Source: Botryllus schlosseri (lineage: Eukaryota). Taken from it: a stretch of 64,000 bases of DNA. Where the stretch lies: the NCBI GenBank assembly GCA_051294905.1, contig CM119371.1, forward strand, positions 10,356,001 through 10,420,000, read 5' to 3'. The notes beneath the pieces are model-generated. The model did no database searches. It was given only the letters and a program-made list of their open reading frames with translations, and was not told the origin of the DNA. This document shows positions 51,487-63,048 of the stretch, one piece after another. A program made the position numbers and the translations under genes. The number at the start of each line of letters is the position of its first letter. Position 1 is the stretch's first letter.

Positions 51487-52108
51487 CAGGACCGGCCAAC
51501 CCGAACCCGTGGCCCTGCGAGTTAATTTCCGAAATTAGTAGTATTATCAAAAATGGATTGCACAGACTGTGAACTTGCAAAGCCAATCAAAAATTTGATT
51601 AGTCTGGCCGCAACACTTGAGATGTGATGACTGAAATATCAGTTCCGACGCATTGGTAGATCTTCGTACACTGCAATAAAGCAGAATACTTTGCGATAGA
51701 TTTATCAAAAGTAAAAATTTTCTACACGCTTATAGCGCAACATCTTGTCCCTTGATTTCTTGCTTTTAATATTTGTGAAAATGAAAGAACGCCTAATGTA
51801 TCAGATTGAGACTAACTATATATATTCGCGACCTCCAGTTTGCGCTCGCAGAAAGACCGTCGACTATGAAACCTAGGCACAAAATGATTGCCGCATGTTG
51901 GACGAAGCTTTCGATATGTCCAGGTGCCGAATAGTCCAGTCCTTACAAACTGAGCCCAGCGATATACAGCAGGCTTGCAATATAGTCAAGTGACAATATT
52001 ATTAATTTATCAACTTCAAAATTTTTTCGCGTTTTGCGCCGCTAGTGGCCCGCAGAATAGTCTGTCAATCGAATGTGGCGATTTGACTGAAAAGGTTGGC
52101 CACCCCTG
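51487..52108. mobile_element. hAT (Buster-type) MITE nested in the Harbinger
   Basis: CAGGACCGGCCAACC / GGTTGGCCACCCCTG; perfect TSD TTCTAGTT. Confidence 0.85.
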
Positions 52109-53528
52109 TTCTAGTTAAAGTTGCGCATTTTGAAATTCCTGTACTTTGTACAAGTCTTGAGTGTTGTGGGTGGATAAAAAATTACCACAGCAACATTTGT
52201 ACCAAACATGCATTTGCTGCATTCCAGTTTTTCAGGATGACTTCATGATTGGGAGCCAGAGGGTTCCCGTACTAGTCTACATAACTGATGACGCAGCCTA
52301 TCCCTTTCAGCCCCGGCTCATGAAGCCCGAGCATAAACTAAAGCTAATTTCAAATATGTAATATAAATTTCCTTTCTGCTGCCCTTAAAATTCACAATTG
52401 CTTTTTCAGAAACTTAGCGAAGCACACATGAAGGTTAGAAGATTTTGGTCGACTGAAGGCGCGGTGTTCGGCTTTATTCAGAAACTGCAATCCGCCAAGG
52501 CCAGAATGATACAGAGGATGGTATACGCAATTAAGACAAGACCTGGTGGTGATCCAAGTATCGCTGGCTCAGACGTCGGAAATGCCCTGTGTGACTTTCT
52601 CAATAAACAATGCTATTGCTTAACCAGATGTGTTTGTGCTGTTTCATTTTATTCATGAGAGAAACTATAACTTAATGCACACTTGCACAGTTCCACCTTT
52701 TTCATCAGTATCCTCCATCTAGACCTGCGAAAAGATCAGATTAAATTACACTTGCCTAACATTGCTAAAGGAATGACTTGCTTGTAACAAGAAAATGAAG
52801 GCATAGGTGAAAACCGAATTATGGCTTGGATGATGGTAATATGGTTTACCAGTTTGTACCATTTCAATTTTGCTAAGGACATCACTCTCTGCCGTGCTGC
52901 CACTATCAAAGCAGATGTTACTAAATCCCCTTTTCAGTAGGCGTATATGACGGTGACTAACCTACGCAAAGCATATCCGTGGTTAGAAACTTGCCTTTGA
53001 TGTAACAAATTAGTGTTGAAGTCCTAAAGTTTTCAGGCAACTCACCCAATGCTGCATCATTTGGAGATGGTGTTCTACCTTCTTAGCCGTGCTCTGTTTC
53101 TGCTACCACAGAAAAAAAGAAGCTGACTAGTAGTCAGCGACTACATATTGTGAGCATACAGAATATAAATCCAAGAATAATGCATTTCCAACACCATTAC
53201 ACAAACAGATCAGGTAGCTGACCTCGAAACACAAGCACCCTGAATGAACAGCGCGTTACCGTAACTAAAAGTTTGATTGACAGCGTTCCGGGAACCCAGC
53301 TGCGCCTTTCGTGTTCATACTCAGTCGGTCCCGTAAAAATCTCCGAAAATAAGCGCGTTCACACCGCCCCGTAAAACCAGTGTTATGTTCACATAGAGGG
53401 GTTCCGGTAAACATTTTCGGGAAATGTTATTCCCGGAACCCCGGTATGAAAAGGGCCTTATATGGTGCTGATAATGTTCATTGCCACATTTTCTTGCAGC
53501 GCTATAATGTAAATGCTACAGTATAAAA

Positions 53529-56454
53529 ATGGGTTTTAAATGTTGCGTTCCGGGATGCAGATCTGGTTACACAAAGACAAAAGATGAATCAGAAGGCAGC
53601 AGCAGCACTGTTGTTTCATTCTATAGCTTTCCAAGTGATCCTATCATGCGGAAAAAGTGGATTATAGCAATCCCAAGAAAAGGTTTGGCCGCTTCATGCT
53701 CACAAAGAGTTTGCCGGCTTCACTTTTCGGATGATGATTTCGAACATTTTTCATGTGACAAGCAGTCTAGGCGCATCAAACGTAGGGGTTGTGCAAAACT
53801 ATCGAGATTACGCCTCAGATCTACTGCTGTTCCTCATATTTTCCCAACTTTGCCCAATTATCTAACAACCTCGAATCTGAGACCTCGAAGCAGCAACTGC
53901 TGCTCATCTGGTCGTCTCTCCAGTGAAAACGCCCGCATAGCTGAATGCAATGATAAGTTTATTCAACGAGAATGCGTGGTTGATCTTCCCTCTTTGAAGG
54001 AGAAGTTCTAGAATGAGCATCTCCCTGCAGGATATGTCTTTTCTGCTGATGATGAGACATTACAGTTCCATCTTATAACTTTGGAAAAAGATATTCATCA
54101 TCCACCTGTGCTCACAGCCTCTGTGATAGTAACGAAGGACATGAAGATTCAATCATTCATTAAGGGTGTCCCTGTTCAGCCTTCCAATTATGAGGACTTG
54201 TTGAATGCAAGTTACGTTCAGAAGACATCCGAATTGAGCAACGTTCTTGCTAGATGCAAGTCATTATCCAATGGTGACAATAATTTCAACCGCGTGGAAT
54301 TGGCCATATCTCTATTGGAGGAGTACCTGACTGCGTCGTCTGCAAAATCTGAAGATTTCAACCCAATGCTGATCAGATTTGTTATTGAGTAATTGTCACT
54401 CTGTCAAGTTACCCCTACTTCACGGAGATACTCTACAGACCTTCTTACCACTGCTTTCATGTGGAAATTTACCAGTCCAGCTCTCCATAAACAACTGCTG
54501 AACGTTTTCGCTTTGCCTTCAGTGCGCCACCTGCGTAGACTATGTGAAGATATGACAGTGACGCCAGGCAAACTTGATATGAGTTATTTGAAGCAAAGGA
54601 CTAAATCTTTATCCTAAGGAGAAAAAATTGTCACCTTATTGATAGATGAGGTTTACACAGCACAGCGCGTGGAATATACAAGTGGTTGTTTCATTGGTTC
54701 AGCGGAAAGTGGGAATGCCGCCAAGACGGTTCTAACATTCATGGTGCAATCACTTTTCGGGAAGTACAAGGATGTGGTTTGTCTCATTCCGGTTGACAAA
54801 CTTGGCACTAAGACGCTGCGAACATGGTTTGATATAGTAATGGAAACGATCAACGATATGCTACTGGTGATAGCAATATCAACGGATAATCATGTCTGTA
54901 ACCGCAAATTGTTCATGGATCTCTGTAATGGAGAACTTTGTCACAGCATCGAACATCCTCATCGACCAGGAAAAAAATTATTCCTGATTTTTGATTTTAC
55001 TCACAATTTCAAAAACATCTTCAACCATTTTGTGAATAAGAAGCAGATGCATCCTCCTATTAAAGGCAATGAGGATATATTTGATGGGCCATGCCATGCA
55101 ATGTTCATCCATATCAAAAACCTCTATGCTCTGGAAGAAGGCAAGACATTGAAAGTTGCACATCAGCTCAAAAAAGTATCTCTTGACCCCAGCAGCATTG
55201 CTCGAACCTCGCCCCAGCACGCTTTGAGCGTGTTTAGCGAATCAACGGTACTGGGACTAAAACACTTCGCAGAGGATGGACATCCAGAATTTAAAGGAAA
55301 CTTCACGATATGTTGAATTCATCCTCACCATTTGGAATATCATGTCTGTTAAAAGCCTAAGTAAAGGTAAGTTACATTATACACGTTTCTCGCTGTAATT
55401 TGACTTCAACCTAATGCAACAAAATAATCGTTTCAGCCCTGCGGAAGAGGAATTCCATTTTTTACGCCACTGCGCATGGGTGAAGATCATCATGGTGTTA
55501 ACTATTTAAGAAGAGCCATACACATTTTCAAGGATTGGCAAAAATCGGGCCGTGCTGGTCTCAGCAATGAAACATTCATGGCCTGTATTCAGACAATGGG
55601 GGTTGTGCTATCGTTGACGGAGTATCTTCAAGCAAACCACAATGTGCAATATTTATTATCCGGAAAAATAATGTCGGACCCGATCGAAGCCCGATTTGGG
55701 ATGTACCGCCAGAGCAATGGCGGTGATTTCTTCATGTCTGTGAAGCAATTGCTGCTGGCGGAAAAGAAAATCCGGTGTCTAAGCCTGCTGCGACAGGACA
55801 GACTGTCCGGAGCAATCACCAGTTATGAACCGGGCGAGGAAGATGCATCAGCAAACCGCGAAGATTTCCAGTGGCTTGCTAACTTTATGCAAACTGCTGA
55901 CACGGATGATGTGGACGATACTGATGCATCTGTTGTATTTTACGTTAGTGGGTACATTGGTCGCTCAATTTTTCGCCGTAGGAATTGTGACGACTTGCAA
56001 AGGCATGCTTATATCCGGTATTAATAATGCTCCAGATCTTCAGGGCGGCATTCCTGAGAAATATAAAACAATATTTCTCATGGCAGATCGTGGAGGACTT
56101 GCTGAACCGACTGAAATTTGCTATGCTAATACATTATTGGCTGTGCAGTATTTCTCAGCTGTTTCAGCGGATGAAGATACATTAAAAAAGCTGATGTGTT
56201 GTATGAATCAGCGCAATGTTTTCTTAGATGCAATGCGTCATGTTGTGTCTTCTTCTTCTTTTCTTTGTCGCCTAATGGAAGTCGAATGTAAATCTAGTCA
56301 TTCGAACTTCAATCATATTGTGCAAAGTGCTTTTAATTGTTTTGCAAAGAACCACCTGAAGCGTTTGAATAGCAAACCGATGCTTGAGGAGGCACCGAAG
56401 AAAAATTTTCGAAAGATCCGTAAACTGACCTCGAAGGCTTCTGCTAAATGCTAG
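53529..56454 (+). pseudogene. P-element/THAP9-like transposase, disrupted
   Basis: THAP domain (CCVPGC..FP..W..VCRLHF..AVP) and catalytic-region motifs LLIDEV, STDN, FDFTHNFKNIFN, SDPIEARFG. In-frame stops end at 54011, 54392 and 54617; frameshifts near 55300, 55460 and 55985; probable intron 55367-55436 (GTAAGT..TTTCAG). Confidence 0.9.
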
Positions 56455-57391
56455 GCCAGTGTTCGATTTCCCATTTTGACGTCACCATCACAGCTGTGAC
56501 ATCCTGGTCATCATTTTTATGTTGTTTCCTAATAAACATGAACAAAACACATGTCCTGGATGTTTTCTCAGTACTTTTTCTAGGTACATGGTTGCATCGA
56601 CATCGGCCTGCTATCGGTCGCCCCTTAAAACCGTGTCCCATCCCGAAGTTCTAGATATCCCTGAGTAGAGGTAATGCAGAGACGTAGCCAGTAGAGTAAG
56701 TCGGATTGAGAACGTCGAAAAGTAGAAGTAGGCTACTTTGCTACTGGCCAACTTCGAACACGTAGGGGTAGCTGTTGGAATAAGATTAAGGAAGCGTAAT
56801 TTGTTGAGACAAAGCCTCCATTCCCCCATGATGTCTCGTCTATGCGGCCGTCGGTAAGTGCCAATAGTCGACAACTAGTGGCATATTCCACATATATTCT
56901 GTGCTTTTTGCTTTGTCTGATAGAGAAGCATTTCTTCAACCGGTGAGACCAAAACACGTATAAATATGCATTACGAATTACTTACTTGTAAATGAGCTAT
57001 CAAGGGTTGGAGATGGAATTTGAATTTCAAAGAACGTGGGTTTGAGTTTGAAACGGGACGGCTTCTGACCCGCAAGACCCTTGCAACGTTACTGTTAGTA
57101 GTGATGGTTGGAACAACATCACACCACAGAACACAGGTATCACGTTTCATGACAAACGACGATACGTCATGTTCTCCAGTTGTTCTGCAACAACATTTTA
57201 AGTAAAATGCGCAAATAGAACTAGAACTAATCACTTTCCGAACTATGCAACTTGAACTACTCAAAACGACTTGTTAGTTGTTAGTTTACCGTGACATAAC
57301 TAGATCTACAGTTTGTACAAGTCTGCTGTCGCCAATTTTTGACCCATACACTGGAAACGACGTTATTGTAGTTTGTCAGCATGAATCAGAT

Positions 57392-57592
57392 ACAACAGTC
57401 CCGCGTTAGTTCTTGCCCTGACAGCTTCAACGAATGTATAACGGCATTTTCCTCTTTCACACGTGTTCATCGAATAAGTTACCGCAATATGTTGTACGAG
57501 TTCTAAAAATGAGCACCGGAGGTACGCAAGATTATGCAGCATGATAGTGACAGGCTTGTAGTAAAATAATCACAATGTTCATGACTAGCACA
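57392..57592. repeat. ~180-200-bp diverged direct repeat, copy 1
   Basis: 'caacagtcc(c)gcg..agttctt..gacagcttcaacgaatg..ctctttcac..atgagcacc..gtagtaaaata..caatgttca' recurs at 59928-60100. Confidence 0.8.
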
Positions 57593-57829
57593 GAGATCTG
57601 CATAACAAGGTACCGCTATACTAGTGCCTTTCGACGGATTTAGGCAGTACTCGTTTATTTGACAGAATGTAGTAGTTCATTTCGACGCCTTCCCGTCTTA
57701 CAATTCTATGACAAACATCTGGAGTTCTGAAATGATTAATTAACGGAACCGCACATTTGAAACGGAACGAAACTCGAAGTAATTCCTGTGATTTTTTTGC
57801 AGGAATGATACAAGCATGGTTAACGATCC

Positions 57830-59626
57830 CAGCCTTGATGTCTGAGGTCGGTTTTTCGAGTAAATGATTTCTCCCAGATGTCGCATTCATGGTTTTAGTT
57901 GCCAGCATGCATATCCATATAGCACTTGAGATCCCCTTCCCAGTAAATGTTTTCCCACATATGTCACATTTACGAGTTTTAACGCCGGCATGTATGTCCA
58001 TATGACTCGTGAGTAGGGCTGGGCACAATGATTCGAGTACTCGAATCTGAATCGAGTATTAATTTTAATGATTCGAGTCGAGTAGTAAAATACGATTTTT
58101 TCGAGTACTGAAATTATACCCTACTCGCTGTAGAAAGTTAATTTGTCAACGAGAATGAAAGTTTCGATACTGATTTCCACTGTTGAAGCATTGAAACCTT
58201 GATTGCCCGTATTGTGGCATACGGAACATATAGTACAAAGATACGTTACTGGGAAGAGCATCATTTCCGAAGACATGATCATCCCGCAACATTGTCACCA
58301 AGTTCAATGAAATTGGTATGGTCGAAAAAATACCAAAGTATCTTTAATGTAATGGAAAACAGGCATGATAGTCTTTGTGGTCGCATAAAAGGGACATATT
58401 TGATCCTAAACATATTACATTATGTTATGACGTCATAATGAGTGATACTCGATTACTCGACTCGAACCATATTACGTGATTCAGAATCGAATCACTCAGG
58501 TACTCGATTTTGCCCAGCCCTACTCGTGAGGCTAGTCTTCTCAGTAAATTCTTTTCCACACAGCACATTTATGATTCTTGATTCCAGCATGCATATCCAT
58601 ATGACAATTCAGGTGATTCTTTCGTGTAAATGTTTTACTACATACATCACAGTTATGATTCCTAATACCAGCATGTATATCCATATGTAGCATGAGGTCT
58701 CCCTTTCTAGTAAATGCTTTCCCACATACATCACATTCATGATTTTTGATTCCAGCATGCATATCCATATGATACTTCAGGTTATCCTTTCGTGAAAATG
58801 TTTTACCACATACATCACAGTTATGATTGTTAACGCCAGCATGGACATCTACATGACGCATGAGACCTCCCTTCTTAGTGAATGCACTCCCACATACATC
58901 ACAGGTATGATTTTTGACGCCCACACGGATATCCATATGAAGCTTGAGGTTTCCTTTCTCAGTAAATGCTTTCCCACATACATCACAAGTGTGATTCTTG
59001 ACGCCAGCATGGACATCTACATGACGCATGAGACCTCCCTTCTTAGTGAATGCACTCCCACATACGTCACAGGTATGATTTTTGACGCCCACATGGATAT
59101 CCATATGAAGCTTGAGGTTTCCTTTCTCAGTAAATGCTTTCCCACATACATCACAGGTGTGATTCTTAACGCCAGCATGGATATCCATATGAAGCTTGAG
59201 GTGTCCCTTTTGAGTAAATGCTCTCCCACATACATGACAGGTATGATTTTTGACGCCAGCATGGATATCTATATGATGTTTGAGGCTACTCGTCTTTGTA
59301 AATGCTTTACCACATATATCACAGTTATGATTCTTAACGCCAGTATGGATATCCATATGATGTTTGAGGCTACTCGTCTTTGTAAATGCTTTACCACATA
59401 CATCACAGTTATGATTCTTAACGCCAGCATGGATATCCATATGATGCTTGAGGTTACCCTTCCGTGTAAATGCTTTACCACATACATCACAGTTATGGTT
59501 CCTAGTACCAGCATGTATATCCATATGTTGCATGAGGTCTCCCTTTTTACTAAATGCTTTCCTGCATACATCACATTCATGATTTCTGCCAACAGCTTGC
59601 ATATCAATATGACGTTTGAAGTCCAA
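57830..59626 (-). pseudogene. Tandem C2H2 zinc-finger gene, truncated or pseudogenised
   Basis: Twelve 28-aa fingers (CxxC-x12-HxxxH; one has R for the last H) in ORF 59626-58541. Finger 13 has a 2-nt loss and a MITE insertion; decayed fingers continue at 58013-57830. The upstream frame has stops and no convincing 5' end. Confidence 0.85.
58014..58522. mobile_element. 'TAGGGCTGGGCA' hAT MITE inside a zinc finger
   Basis: Perfect TIRs; TSD CTCGTGAG (58006-58013, 58523-58530). Confidence 0.93.
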
Positions 59627-59927
59627 CTTTCAAGTTCAAAGTGTTACGAACAAATTTTGAACAAATATTTTAAACTCTATTCAGCTTAGCTCATGACAAT
59701 ATGGCCATATCTGCCATGTATGATAGTGTAAAACTAATCAAAACAAAGATTATCATCAGATTGTATAGCAATTCCCATACAATATTGTACTACATACAAA
59801 AATATCAACAGCACAAAAATTACTGCTCTTGTGATAGTTTCAACTAATTCGACACCTTCCTATCTTTTCATTGTATCGCAATTTTGTGGTGTATTTAACT
59901 GATATAAATTGCTATTAAACTGACCGA

Positions 59928-60100
59928 ACAACAGTCCGCGTGAGTTCTTTGACAGCTTCAACGAATGCACAACGATAGTCACCTCTTTCACGTGTATAGA
60001 TTAAAGAAGTCTCACAGATGAGCACCAGAGATACGCAGGCCTATACAGCATGTTAGCGAGAGGCATGTAGTAAAATACGTTCAATGTTCAAGACAAGCAC
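59928..60100. repeat. Diverged direct repeat, copy 2
   Basis: Matches 57392-57592. Confidence 0.8.
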
Positions 60101-61159
60101 TGGACACAGTGATCGGCAAAGAATTTGGTATGCACGACACGCACAGATATCGTCGCACAAATCCGTTTCGACGTAGCGTTCTATTTGTAGTTGGTACCCC
60201 TAATTTGCCGAATGGTTACGTGTAACGCTGACCACAGTGATTCGAGCAATCAAATCTGAATAGAACAGTATCCTAGCTATTCGAGTCAAGTAGTGAGAGA
60301 CGATTTTTCTGTGCACAGTGACGAAGCATTCTTTTCCCCAAAGAGTTATAGTTTTGATCCTATTTTCCAACATGGAAGGTTGTGAATCTTAGTCGTATCG
60401 CTGCATACGAAACATGCAGTACAAAGCTACGCATTGGAATCGATCAGACGTACTATAAAAACCGTCATTCGTGAGACACACACCATTTCAACTTTGTATT
60501 TCTTAACCAAGAATCAAGGGCATCACTTTTCTATGCAGTTTGCGTTTGTGCGGAGGGGCACAGATTGCAAGGACAGTGTTATATTAAAAACGAAATTGCA
60601 TAGTGACGGCAGGCATCACACGCTAATAGGAGTATGCGTGGACCGCCGGATAATTATAATTACGGTTTTACGGCTGCATGTGACCGTACCTCCACAGGTT
60701 GGCCACCCCTGGCCAAATAGACATAAGAATAAGCCAGAGCATCTAACACAGTGGTTCTCAAACCCGACAATGAGACCCCCTGGTTGCACCTTTGCAATTA
60801 TGTAGACTGCGGACTGCGCTATTTATAACCATCTGGCAGGTACCAATTCAACATGTCTGAGCTATCGCGGCGGTTTCCTCGAGAAACATTGTAGACAGCA
60901 GTTATCGCAAGCTCAACACATGTTAACTCCATCCTGTTCTACTCCCAAAGGAACCAATGTGTCCACTTACCACTACCAACGGTTAAATGATGACGAGAAA
61001 CATTTGCTGATGACATCCCAAAAGAGCTTTAAACGTTGTACGATATTGCACATACGGTTATACTATTCTGAAGCATGAACCTGCATATCTATTGTGATAT
61101 CAAGGTATAATGTAATGCGTATCTGGTACACCCCAGTACGATTGGCACACCATTTCAAC

Positions 61160-62206
61160 GAGGAGTGCCCAACCTTTTTGGACAAAAGGACACATGAGAT
61201 TTGTGAACCATTGCGCGGGCCAATTGAATGTTGATGACATCTTTCAGTCGTCCAATAGGAGTGAACCGGATTAGGAAACGGTGTAAACAATATTGATCTT
61301 ACTACCCATCAACATCAATAACAACTAGGTCATGAAAACTCAGTGTGCAGGAGGCGCGAAAATTTTTCAAAGTTTATGAATAAATTTGTTCAATAATATT
61401 GTTACTTGCATATATTACGTGTAGCCTCCGTATACCTCTGGGATCATTTGGGAATAACAGAATTATTTGACACTTGGACGTATCACTATTGAAGATTTTG
61501 CAAACATGCATTTATCATTTTGTATAAAGGTTTCATCGCCGACGATCTTTTTGCGAGTGCAGACGCGAAGTCTGATGTTGACCAACACGGTCTCTCATAG
61601 TTGGATATACAGCTAGACTCATTTCCGTAAATGTGGAGTATTTTTAATTTTCAGGAGGAGGTAGAAATACTAAAAGCAGGAAATCGAGTGACAATCAATC
61701 GATCGAAGTGCTTAGAATAATTTCTAGTCAAATAGATCTACCGCGAAATATTCTACTCCGCGGTTATATATGAAGATTTACGAAAAATGTGGCGTGCCAA
61801 AGCGTCAGAACTGATATTTTACTCATCAACATCTCAAATTTCGTGGTCAGGTTGATTAAATTTTTGGTTGGCCTTGCAAGCTTATAATAAATTGTGTGAT
61901 TAATTTATTTTAAATTGAACTAAAATCAAGAATTACCTCGCGGGCACTGTTTGCTCTAAGCTGCACGTGAGCACGGCCGCGCACTGCTTTTCAAGTCACC
62001 ACGCACAGAAAATCGTCTGCCTCGCACAAGAAAGCAGAAGTGAAGACCTTTTATTCTACGTTACCCACTGTTGTCCCAGGGACCGCGCAGTGAGTTGGTG
62101 AGTGTGCGCAGATTCGTGAAAAATTAGAGGGAACCTTGCTCGCGGGCCACTCAAAACCTTATCGTTGGCCGCATTTGACCCAAGGGCCATGAGTTAGCCA
62201 CCCCTG
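61160..62206. mobile_element. hAT (Buster-type) MITE related to 1873-2712, with a small nested element (~61942-62137)
   Basis: Shared 5' sequence 'ggacac..gagattt..gaaccattgcgcgggc'; ends in GTTAGCCACCCCTG; weak TSD ATTTCAAC/CTTTAAAC. Confidence 0.72.
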
Positions 62207-63048
62207 CTTTAAACATTATGGAACAACCTTGGGTGTACGATACTTTCATGTGGTGAACAAAAAATTTTAATTTTTTTTAAAATTCTATACAATAAATAGA
62301 AACTATCTTCTCTTGAAGCAATGCGGCTACGGGTAGGAATTGAACCAAATTTGGTGCGTCGGCTTAAATTAGATGAGTCAACAATTTTATCAAGTAGCCA
62401 GTACAATTTGGGAAAAAAGGCATTCTTGAACACCCCTGGTAAACAATCACCCAGTTTCATAGCGAAATATTTACTGATAAGTGATAACTAATTCGATTTC
62501 AATATGACCTCACAGATTTCGCAGAATCAATCTTAATTGCAAATATTCACGGGTAATGGGCAATATATGTATTCTACAGCTAGTTCTCGTGGTCTCAAAT
62601 TTTTCATTGCGAACATGCATTCTACGCATGTCGGATGTGCGTTGCTTACTATCTTTCGCAGTAACACGCGAGAAAACTGAAACCATACTGAACATTGTCA
62701 TGATTCTACGTTTGCTATTCAGGCAATGTTCAAAGCACATACTTGAAAACAGCTGAGTAGCATAGATCACTTGGAGAAAGCCATAACGGATCTTGGCTGG
62801 ACCTGGATAGGAGGCGTAGTCGTAGTTTGGGCAGTACGGATCACCATATGTAATATGAAATGGCAGCAACAAAATGATAACTTATTTTAATTCGTGCTCG
62901 TGCCTGACTAGCTTAGACAATATTGACTGCATGCCGTAGTAGGTACGGGCATTGATTTGAACCCATGTACCGCATATATAATATTGACAATAAAATTGGA
63001 TGAAACAATAAGTTCTAACTAGAAGCACAATCGCCCTACTATAAAATA

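Larger units (their letters stand above)
49540..53457 (+). mobile_element. PIF/Harbinger transposon nested in the P element, with decayed transposase
   Basis: 17-bp TIR GGCCCTTTTCATACCGG; TSD TTA. Remnant peptides 'VPVLVYITDDAAYPFQPRLMKP' (~52263-52330) and 'KLSEAHMKV' match the HARBI1-type GDxAYPLxxxLMKPY / LSxARxxVE region. Confidence 0.85.
49165..56663 (+). mobile_element. P-superfamily DNA transposon, full boundaries
   Basis: 32-bp TIR CAGGGATATCTAGAACTTCGGGAT[A/G]GGACACG (31/32 match); perfect 8-bp TSD AGTAGAGG (49157-49164, 56664-56671); encodes THAP + P transposase. Confidence 0.93.

Noticed and set aside
53529..54011. Stand-alone domesticated THAP protein
   Set aside because: The frame continues past the TAG into transposase sequence, and the ORF lies inside TIRs with a TSD.
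58823..59689. 288-aa plus-strand ORF
   Set aside because: Antisense shadow of the 84-bp zinc-finger repeat; no independent features.
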